Virus record (IMG/VR): IMGVR_UViG_3300041411_000129
Span: 186,001 to 250,000 of that record
Reading direction: 5' to 3' (one strand)
DNA: 64,000 nt
The translations under genes were made by a program, and so were the position numbers. The notes beneath the pieces are model-generated. The model worked only from the letters and a program-made list of their open reading frames with translations, did not search any database and was not told the DNA's origin. Below are positions 9,756-16,221 of this stretch, one piece after another. The first letter of the stretch is position 1. The number at the start of each line of letters is the position of its first letter.

Positions 9756-10304
9756 ATGCTAAGCAAATCCCTTTACAACGAGGCTTGGGAACGAGTCTGT
9801 CGTGAGCAAGTTGATTTAGTTCCAACCGCTTTCTGTAATTACAAAGTCAGTATTGACGATGCGATGACCATCGCCAAAGCTACCACCCATGCCGACGGCA
9901 AGCAGTTCATTGGTCGACGCTTGGCTGGCGAGTGGGAAGAAGGCCGCTACATCCTGTTCCAAGGTAAGTACGGCACCATCGTGGTCTGCTGGAAGACTAC
10001 CGATGACACTGGAGTCTGGTTGGTCAAGTCTCCGGAATACGAATTCGCCGGGTATGCTGACTATAATCAGCACGTCCGTGAACTTGAAGCTATGATCGTC
10101 GAAGCTGTTGCATTCGGGTTCAAGCTTGAAGGGGTAACGTTCTGGTACGACAGCACTTACCGCAAGATCACCAAACGGGAAACTCCGAGCAACTTCGATT
10201 CGCTGCGCGTTATGCAGCGGTTGATGGCTACGATCAAACCCGGCCTTGATGTACTCAAACGTCTACACACACCTTTCGCTGAATCAGTAGGAGAAGCTGC
10301 ATGA
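9756..10304 (+). CDS. Hypothetical protein
   Basis: AGGAG SD. Confidence 0.8.
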   Translation: MLSKSLYNEAWERVCREQVDLVPTAFCNYKVSIDDAMTIAKATTHADGKQFIGRRLAGEWEEGRYILFQGKYGTIVVCWKTTDDTGVWLVKSPEYEFAGYADYNQHVRELEAMIVEAVAFGFKLEGVTFWYDSTYRKITKRETPSNFDSLRVMQRLMATIKPGLDVLKRLHTPFAESVGEAA

Positions 10305-10672
10305 GCATCGTAGAACAAAACCAACAAGCACTAGGCGTCCTGAAGAAGTTGATGGCCGAGAACCCAACGCCAACTCACCAGTACAAACCGGTAATCGAAG
10401 GCGCGATCTACGAAACCACCAAGAACCGTATCACCACCAAGGTATACGTGGACCGGGTGAAGAAGGATCAGGTTATCCTCAAGCGCGATAAAGACGCCAA
10501 GGACAGCTCGACCATCTCTCGTGCCAAGTTCCAGGCGTTCTACCATCTGGATCAGTTGCCAGAAGGTTGGGTGCCGTCGGCCGATATCTGCGCTGCGATG
10601 GAAGGCATCATGAAGTTCGCCACCACTCTGGCGGAAATCAAGAAGCGCGTGTCGGAGTCGTCTAATGTCTAA
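10301..10672 (+). CDS. Hypothetical protein
   Basis: Coupled ORF. Confidence 0.8.
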   Translation: MSIVEQNQQALGVLKKLMAENPTPTHQYKPVIEGAIYETTKNRITTKVYVDRVKKDQVILKRDKDAKDSSTISRAKFQAFYHLDQLPEGWVPSADICAAMEGIMKFATTLAEIKKRVSESSNV

Positions 10673-11168
10673 GCTTATCACCAGCCCTCTTACCACCGGC
10701 GTGGATGATCTGGTACTGCCGTGGGAGACAGCAGTACCGTTATTCCGGATGCATCTGGCTAGCCTAATGCTCAAGCGTGGGATGAGTGTGGTTGAGCTTA
10801 CTGAGAAGCTCAGTGACTTTAAAGACACCACCCTCCTTGAGGAGCTCTTTAAAGAACTGTTCGCCGATGACGCGCCTAAAATAGCAATCTCTATTGCAGA
10901 TAGGCGTTACGAAGCGACTATGTCGTTGAGCATAGCCTGTAACGAAGGTGTCATCCTCAACACAGACCTCACGCCGCGGACTCCAGTCGTTAACGTGGCT
11001 GAGCTTACGATCGATGAAGTTGTGGTCGCTATCGCCGAAGCTTATCCAGATTACACTGTTTGGTGTGACGGAGATGAGCGCGTCTATGTCGACGAAGGTG
11101 ATGATGACCCGAACCTAATGAGCGTTAAAGACGCTTATCAGAAATACATCGTCGAAACCGGTAAGTAA
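10665..11168 (+). CDS. Hypothetical protein (possible HTH-like segment)
   Basis: LMLKRGMSVVELTEKL. Confidence 0.75.
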   Translation: MSKLITSPLTTGVDDLVLPWETAVPLFRMHLASLMLKRGMSVVELTEKLSDFKDTTLLEELFKELFADDAPKIAISIADRRYEATMSLSIACNEGVILNTDLTPRTPVVNVAELTIDEVVVAIAEAYPDYTVWCDGDERVYVDEGDDDPNLMSVKDAYQKYIVETGK

Positions 11169-11231
11169 TAGCGGGGGAACTTCGGTTCCCCTGTTACTAA
11201 TTCTTTCTTCTTTTTTGTTGAGGTAGTTTTT

Positions 11232-11690
11232 ATGGAATTCGACTATAAGCCGGGTAAGTACACGATCACCAAATGCGTCGCTTCTCACTGCGACACCATT
11301 GTGTTCGTCGATCTCGATAACGGCCAGACATTGTCACTCGGCGGTAAGGGTGTTGTGCCGGTTGTTGGTGACTACGTCATGTGTCATCAACTCCCCGATG
11401 GGTTGAAGATGCACATCGAGCCACCGGCTGAGCCACACCTCCGTGTAAAGGACATGCTCGAGGAATGGAACCTAATAGGTGTCCAACGATTACGCCGGCT
11501 CAGTTACGAGCTGGATGGCTTCAATCATTTAGATGACTTGGAGCAGGTGAAGATCTTCACGGGCTTACAAAATGCAACAGCCGTAGGTATGTTCATCGAA
11601 CAATGCAAGTTCAAGAACGCCTACAAGCACGAGAGGAAATTCACTCGGGCAATCAGAGAAGTTGCTCGCGATCTTCACCTACTAGACTAA
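11232..11690 (+). CDS. Hypothetical protein
   Basis: GAGG SD; follows a terminator. Confidence 0.8.
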   Translation: MEFDYKPGKYTITKCVASHCDTIVFVDLDNGQTLSLGGKGVVPVVGDYVMCHQLPDGLKMHIEPPAEPHLRVKDMLEEWNLIGVQRLRRLSYELDGFNHLDDLEQVKIFTGLQNATAVGMFIEQCKFKNAYKHERKFTRAIREVARDLHLLD

Positions 11691-11725
11691 CATCCGTAAA
11701 AAGTTACGGAAGTAGTAAATAAGAT

Positions 11726-11799
11726 GTTCGAACAGCGCCGCGCGTAGCCGCCTCTTCGTAGTGCAGCCGCCCATTGGGCATTTCGCGGCCTGTTCGAAC
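11726..11799 (+). ncRNA. Structured hairpin leader 5' of tRNA-Asn
   Basis: GTTCGAACAG/CTGTTCGAAC (10 bp) plus GCCGCG/CGCGGC. Confidence 0.45.
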
Positions 11800-11804
11800 T
11801 CTGT

Positions 11805-11881
11805 TCCGCGATAGCTCAGTTTGGTAGAGCAAACGGCTGTTAACCGTTGGGTCCCTGGTTCGAGTCCAGGTCGTGGAGCCA
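11805..11881 (+). tRNA. tRNA-Asn(GUU)
   Basis: Canonical cloverleaf, loop CTGTTAA, G73, encoded CCA. Confidence 0.95.
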
Positions 11882-11896
11882 ATTTCTTGTTGTAAT

Positions 11897-11974
11897 GGTG
11901 GGCTTAGCTCAGTTGGTTAGAGCAGCGGCGGGCTTTGCTGTGTGTCCTAGGTTCGAATCCTAGAGTCCACCCCA
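11897..11974 (+). ncRNA. tRNA-His-like RNA (G-1:C73) with non-canonical anticodon loop GGGCTTT
   Basis: Intact acceptor GTGGGCT/AGTCCAC, D and T arms, CCA; no Y32/U33/R37. Confidence 0.8.
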
Positions 11975-11981
11975 TATTCTC

Positions 11982-12070
11982 GAGACTGTAGCACAGTGTT
12001 AGTGCGATCAGCAGGCGTGGTAATTCTCGTCGGCTGGAATGCGTGGGTTCGATTCCCAACGGTCTCACCC
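11982..12070 (+). ncRNA. tRNA-like RNA with expanded anticodon arm
   Basis: GAGACTG/CGGTCTC acceptor, GCAC/GTGC D stem, TTCGATT T loop, 20-nt insert in anticodon arm, ends ACCC. Confidence 0.7.
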
Positions 12071-12106
12071 CATTTCTTTGCAGGGATGCGTAATCGAGTA
12101 TTAAGC

Positions 12107-12781
12107 ATGTCTGTTGATATCAGTAACTATCTGATCGCTACACCACTTCCAGTATCTGAAACCAATCCAGTCGCCTTAGAGCTGCTTGGATCTCTGGCAT
12201 TGATTCAATGTCCTGAGGTTGTTTCTCAGCTGGAAGATGGGTCTGTTCAATTCACCGCACCTACTAAAGGTGCGTCCAGTAAGAGTACTCACCGTACTCG
12301 CACTGAATGGAAAGAACCTGAGTACTGGGCGTTGTCTAGTGCAGCTAAGCACTGGAGTCGCCAGACGATGACTGTTACTAAAGTCAACTCTGCTCAGAAG
12401 GTGGTGGTTGCACAGATTCACGTCAAGGATGCTACAACGCCTCCTTTGAAAGTGTTCTGGAACAAAGGTAAGTTGACGATGGGTTTCCGCGGTAGTTTCG
12501 CCGATCCTACAATCGTTAACTATACCCTCCATACCGACGTACCCTTGGGCGTTCCGTTCAAGATCAGTATCGGTGTGACAGCCAGCGGTTCGGTGTCTGT
12601 CAACGCATCATGTCAAGGGGTTCCTTCCCTAAAGAACGCGTTGAAGTTGAGCAGCACTTGGTTTGACCGCGTACTTCAGTTCCATGGCGGCGTCTACAAC
12701 CAAGTCGACTACACCGATCTTACCTCTGACGAGGATGGTTCGATCTGCATTATCAGTGAGTTGTCTACAACTCACGAATGA
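12107..12781 (+). CDS. Polysaccharide lyase family 7 (alginate lyase-like)
   Basis: RTRTEWKE, QIH and QFHGGVYNQ match the three conserved PL7 strands; upstream part of the ORF-track call overlaps a tRNA-like RNA, so start set at ATG 12107. Confidence 0.85.
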   Translation: MSVDISNYLIATPLPVSETNPVALELLGSLALIQCPEVVSQLEDGSVQFTAPTKGASSKSTHRTRTEWKEPEYWALSSAAKHWSRQTMTVTKVNSAQKVVVAQIHVKDATTPPLKVFWNKGKLTMGFRGSFADPTIVNYTLHTDVPLGVPFKISIGVTASGSVSVNASCQGVPSLKNALKLSSTWFDRVLQFHGGVYNQVDYTDLTSDEDGSICIISELSTTHE

Positions 12782-12787
12782 TTCAAT

Positions 12788-12939
12788 GACTTCTATAGCT
12801 CAGTTGGTAGAGCGTCGTCACTCTCTTTAGGTCGCGGGTTCGAGTCCCGTATCCCCAGCAACGGGGATTAGCTCAGTCGGTAGAGCAGAAGAAAATTACG
12901 AGACGAAGGTCGTAGGTTCAATCCCTGCTAGAAGTCCCA
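12788..12939 (+). ncRNA. Nested double tRNA: outer cloverleaf containing a circularly permuted complete tRNA
   Basis: Acceptor ACTTCTA pairs with TAGAAGT at the end of the second unit; ATCCCC/GGGGAT hairpin; swapped anticodon stems TCGTC/GACGA and GAAGA/TCTTT. Confidence 0.85.
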
Positions 12940-12944
12940 ATTAA

Positions 12945-13020
12945 TGATGCAAGCCTGCGCCCGACACTAAGAGCCCGACGATAGTCATATAGCTCACTAC
13001 GTTGGCCGCAGGCGGCATCA
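12945..13020 (+). ncRNA. Rod-like spacer RNA A
   Basis: TGATGC/GCATCA, GCCTGCG/CGCAGGC, CCGAC/GTTGG, GAGC/GCTC, GAC-GATA-GTC. Confidence 0.6.
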
Positions 13021-13028
13021 CCCTACAC

Positions 13029-13105
13029 GCGTTCATAGTTCAGCTGGTTAGAATACTCGCCTGTCACGCGAGAGGTCGGGGGTTCGAGTCCCCCTGGACG
13101 CGCCA
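13029..13105 (+). tRNA. tRNA-Asp(GUC)
   Basis: Canonical cloverleaf, loop CTGTCAC, G73, CCA. Confidence 0.95.
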
Positions 13106-13121
13106 TATTCAAATGCTTCAT

Positions 13122-13248
13122 GATTCGCATAGCTCAGTGGTAGAGCGCCCCCACAACGGTTCGACTCCGTACGCATCCATCCTTCGGTTTGGGTGTGACC
13201 TGGATAACATGGGGGAGGTCGATGGTTCAAGTCCATCTGTGAATCCCA
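13122..13248 (+). ncRNA. tRNA-like RNA (G-1:C73, CCA) with permuted T-arm/acceptor module in the anticodon loop
   Basis: ATTCGCA/TGTGAAT; CCCCC/GGGGG; inner ACGG-TTCGACT-CCGT plus CGCATCC/GGGTGTG. Confidence 0.8.
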
Positions 13249-13254
13249 ATTCAA

Positions 13255-13322
13255 TGATCCTTGCAGCGGCTGCGCCTGAGTAAATGCTGTCTTAACTTGA
13301 CGTTACGGCGTCAAGAGGATCA
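13255..13322 (+). ncRNA. Spacer RNA B
   Basis: TGATCC/GGATCA closing helix; TTGACG/CGTCAA hairpin. Confidence 0.5.
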
Positions 13323-13332
13323 CCCGTTACAC

Positions 13333-13418
13333 GGAGAGGTTCCCGAGCGGTCAAAGGGATCAGACTGTAAATCTGACGCCTAACAGCTTCGAAGGTTCGA
13401 ATCCTTCTCTCTCCACCA
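13333..13418 (+). tRNA. tRNA-Tyr(GUA)
   Basis: Type II cloverleaf, loop CTGTAAA, A73, CCA. Confidence 0.95.
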
Positions 13419-13439
13419 TTTACCGCTTTACCGGTTTAT

Positions 13440-13572
13440 CCCTTGGTCAGCCGAAAGGGGCTGGGCGGCTATCTGTTCGATACGGTACGTGAGCGCTTTA
13501 GGCAGCTGGCCATAGGCCGCTCACGTTCGTCGTTCAGAAGCGTCGAGAGTTCAACTCTCTCACTCGGGGCCA
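13440..13572 (+). ncRNA. Third nested tRNA-like RNA
   Basis: Outer T arm GAGAG-TTCAACT-CTCTC, ACTCGGG-G-CCA end, TGGGCGG/TCGTTCA stem; inner TTCGATA loop plus CGTGAGC/GCTCACG helix. Confidence 0.65.
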
Positions 13573-13576
13573 TACA

Positions 13577-13714
13577 TGACTCCCTGTGGGACATAGGGGC
13601 TATAGCTTCGTTCGTGTTAGTTGTGTGTAGCGGTCTGCTCTGCGGAGCGCGGCCCAACATGGGAACGAGGGTTTCTGATTATCGCCGGGTGTTCGGTAAT
13701 CAGAGATGGAGTCA
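13577..13714 (+). ncRNA. Multibranched spacer RNA C
   Basis: TGACTCC/GGAGTCA closing helix; CTTCGTTC/GAACGAGG; TCTGATTATCG/CGGTAATCAGA. Confidence 0.6.
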
Positions 13715-13722
13715 ACATACAT

Positions 13723-13834
13723 GGCAAGATGATCTCTGCGAAGATGATCGGAGTACACTCTAGAAGAGTGACTTAACTAGTGCAGTTAAGGACCTAACCG
13801 TTACTGAGGTTCGATTCCTCGTCTTGTCTCACCA
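13723..13834 (+). ncRNA. Atypical type-II (Leu-like) tRNA-like RNA
   Basis: GGCAAGA/TCTTGTC acceptor, TAG in central hairpin, 7-bp variable arm, canonical T arm, TC-ACCA end. Confidence 0.55.
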
Positions 13835-13836
13835 AA

Positions 13837-13867
13837 CATAAAGCCCGGCATTCCGCCGGGCTTTATG
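13837..13867 (+). terminator. Terminator ending the RNA cluster
   Basis: CATAAAGCCCGGC/GCCGGGCTTTATG, 13-bp stem. Confidence 0.8.
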
Positions 13868-13892
13868 CTGTCACTAACTAAACTGAAGAGAA

Positions 13893-14414
13893 ATGCAAAT
13901 GACCACTACCTCACGACCAGCCTACGACTTTAAGGCAATGGTGCAGAGTTTGATCGAACCGTTTACCACTAATGCTGAGTGGTTTGAAGAATGCCGGCTG
14001 ATGATCGGTTGTGATGACGGCCATTACTTGAAGGAATTCAAGACCGTCGGTATCGCAGGTCCTCGGCAATGTGGTAAGACGAAGATGCTAATGGAGCTCT
14101 TCAGTGTAACACCTGATAGTCTTTACGTGGTTCCTAATCTGCCACTGAAGAACGCATTAATTGGCTGGGCTACTAATCCAGTTAGTGAGCGTGGTTATGG
14201 ATTGACGATCCCTGTTGATCGAGTCGTTACCTCGTATGACATTAAACAAGCTATCAACGCCGTCAAGCACGGCGGTGAGGATACCTTGCCCAAGGCTAGC
14301 ACTATCTTCGTTGATAGTCCTTACGGTGTCTTTAGCGAGCTCAGAAAGGCCAAGTTTTATAACTGGCTCGCTGAACGCGGTGGCCACAAACAAATCATCA
14401 TCACAATTGAATAA
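13893..14414 (+). CDS. P-loop NTPase-like protein
   Basis: GIAGPRQCGKT Walker A. Confidence 0.7.
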   Translation: MQMTTTSRPAYDFKAMVQSLIEPFTTNAEWFEECRLMIGCDDGHYLKEFKTVGIAGPRQCGKTKMLMELFSVTPDSLYVVPNLPLKNALIGWATNPVSERGYGLTIPVDRVVTSYDIKQAINAVKHGGEDTLPKASTIFVDSPYGVFSELRKAKFYNWLAERGGHKQIIITIE

Positions 14415-14618
14415 GTGAGTAGCAGCATGTCCCATCGTGAAATCGATGCAGAAGTCGAAGAGTTGTTGAAGTCGGTTACTAACACCGGTATCAAACAACT
14501 CAAGTGCTGCAATGCCACTAACCAGAAAGCTCTCAATGAGCTGGTTAATGACATCAACGCCGCCTTCACTAAGGCTGCGCGCGCCTCTACTAAAACCCCC
14601 GGTAGCACCGTCCTTTAA
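14415..14618 (+). CDS. Hypothetical protein
   Basis: Short ORF; start uncertain. Confidence 0.5.
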   Translation: MSSSMSHREIDAEVEELLKSVTNTGIKQLKCCNATNQKALNELVNDINAAFTKAARASTKTPGSTVL

Positions 14619-14634
14619 GATCTAGGAGTTTCAC

Positions 14635-15045
14635 ATGTCTGAAGTAACTGAAGTAAAGCCAGTTGTACAAATGGCAAACCAACAACGCCTTCTGGAAATG
14701 ATGGGTGAGTTCCACACCCGTGATGAGATCGACGTTCCAGCGTTCTTCGAACGTGTGCGGGAGTGGGTGGCTATCCCTGAAGACGACCGCTATTCGATCG
14801 AGCTGATCGGTCTGAACATCGTCTGGTTTGCTGCGGTGATCGATAAGATCTACCCGAGCGTGGTCGACGAATACGGCGACGACATCAAGAAGTTCGAAGC
14901 GTTCATTACCGAGCGTCTTGGCAAACACGCCAAGTACGTACGTTCCGGCGTCCTGTACCAGAACTCCCTCAAGAACTGGCTGTGTAAGTTCAACTGGGAA
15001 ACTGCGCTCAAGATCCCACTGTCCTTCACTCTGCGTGATCGGTAA
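14635..15045 (+). CDS. Hypothetical protein
   Basis: AGGAG SD. Confidence 0.8.
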   Translation: MSEVTEVKPVVQMANQQRLLEMMGEFHTRDEIDVPAFFERVREWVAIPEDDRYSIELIGLNIVWFAAVIDKIYPSVVDEYGDDIKKFEAFITERLGKHAKYVRSGVLYQNSLKNWLCKFNWETALKIPLSFTLRDR

Positions 15046-15055
15046 GGGGGGGGGG
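15046..15055 (+). repeat. G10 homopolymer at RBS position
   Basis: TAA-G10-TGTA-ATG. Confidence 0.85.
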
Positions 15056-15059
15056 TGTA

Positions 15060-15419
15060 ATGTTCGTACCTTTCAAAGTCCCTGACCTTGAAGGCGCTAC
15101 AGAGGCCACACCAGCTCGAGTATGGGTTGGTCTGGTCGATGTAGTGAAGACCTTCAAATGGGCGCTTGTAGGAGCTGCCAAGCAGAAGCAGCTCAGCTTT
15201 AAGCAAGCCACCGAACTGCTCAACGATCCTACTACGCCAGAAGACTGGCAGGTGGTTCGTGAATTAATCCAGATTATGTTTTCTAAACATCCGGAGGGGT
15301 ACATTCTTAAGCGATCCGTCGGCCTTGGTACTAAAGAGACGTTGAACGTCAGACTCAATCGAGTCGGTAAGTGCAAGGTTAAGCTCAACATCTATTCGGT
15401 TAGGTTAGGGCGCTACTAA
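15060..15419 (+). CDS. Hypothetical protein
   Basis: Operonic ORF. Confidence 0.75.
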   Translation: MFVPFKVPDLEGATEATPARVWVGLVDVVKTFKWALVGAAKQKQLSFKQATELLNDPTTPEDWQVVRELIQIMFSKHPEGYILKRSVGLGTKETLNVRLNRVGKCKVKLNIYSVRLGRY

Positions 15420-15428
15420 GGAGCGGTT

Positions 15429-15665
15429 ATGTTAGGTACAGGAATTATCGGAAGAAGAACGTATTCGTGGCCGGAGTATTATCATCACGAGTATGACCGC
15501 TACGGTACACGACGGAGCGCGATGTATTACTTCCCCCTCAAGGATGAGCAATCCCCGCTTCGGCTGAGTTGGAAAGAGGAAGCGAAACGTCCTTGGCTGA
15601 AGCCTAAACCGAAAGCTAAAGAGATCTCTTCTAATCTCTACAAGCTTCTCGCCCGTTCTAATTAA
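15429..15665 (+). CDS. Hypothetical protein
   Basis: AAGGAG SD. Confidence 0.65.
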   Translation: MLGTGIIGRRTYSWPEYYHHEYDRYGTRRSAMYYFPLKDEQSPLRLSWKEEAKRPWLKPKPKAKEISSNLYKLLARSN

Positions 15666-15679
15666 TCGGAGTGATCGAA

Positions 15680-15895
15680 ATGCATGAACCAAGCAAAACA
15701 CCTATCGCCGATTTGGGCGATGACTTCGAACCGGAGTCGCAAGAGGACTTCGCGGAACGTCAACTGACTGGCGAGTTTGATGGCAAGTCGGAAGATGAAA
15801 TCCGCGACATCTATGTCCGTGAAGAAGCGGACGACAATCACGAGCATGAGCAACGACTCATTGATGAGGAGGAAGCTGCGGATGACGATGACTAA
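15680..15895 (+). CDS. Highly acidic small protein
   Basis: D/E-rich throughout. Confidence 0.7.
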   Translation: MHEPSKTPIADLGDDFEPESQEDFAERQLTGEFDGKSEDEIRDIYVREEADDNHEHEQRLIDEEEAADDDD

Positions 15896-16172
15896 TATCG
15901 ATCTCAAGGCTCACGTCCAAAGAACAATGGATGCTGCCTTACAGTACTTCGTAGGGACTAAGAAGCTTTCGTTCAAGGAGTTTGATTCAGACTTAGGACC
16001 TTTCCTTGAGGCCCACCTGAAACAACTTCCGCGTTATGAGCGACTGAGCTATAAGCTCCATTCGTTCCCTGATGGTGATCACTTTGACATCGGTATCGTA
16101 TTCGATGGCGGCTTTGTAGCCGCGCAGCTGTTCGAGGTTGATCCGATCAAATCATCGACAACCTTTCATTAA
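15888..16172 (+). CDS. Hypothetical protein
   Basis: ATG 15888 after GAGGAGG-containing region. Confidence 0.7.
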   Translation: MTNIDLKAHVQRTMDAALQYFVGTKKLSFKEFDSDLGPFLEAHLKQLPRYERLSYKLHSFPDGDHFDIGIVFDGGFVAAQLFEVDPIKSSTTFH

Positions 16173-16175
16173 CGA

Positions 16176-16208
16176 CATAGATCCCCGGCCAAGTGCCGGG
16201 GATCTATG
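16176..16208. terminator. Bidirectional terminator
   Basis: CATAGATCCCCGGC/GCCGGGGATCTATG between convergent genes. Confidence 0.8.
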
Positions 16209-16221
16209 CTCTTTCTTTTTT

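Noticed and set aside
11996-12106. N-terminal extension of the PL7 ORF in the ORF track
   Set aside because: Overlaps the tRNA-like RNA at 11982-12070; the domain starts at ATG 12107.
12945-13020. Twister ribozyme or group I intron S-like motif (GATAGTC)
   Set aside because: No pseudoknot partners for twister and no P7/R partner or other group I core.
13596-13607. GGGGCTATAGCT, resembling the 5' end of tRNA-Ala or tmRNA
   Set aside because: No matching 3' acceptor strand, T arm or tag ORF; it sits inside spacer RNA C.
13002-13763. ORFs overlapping the tRNA cluster on either strand (including 11682-11882)
   Set aside because: Chance frames across RNA genes.
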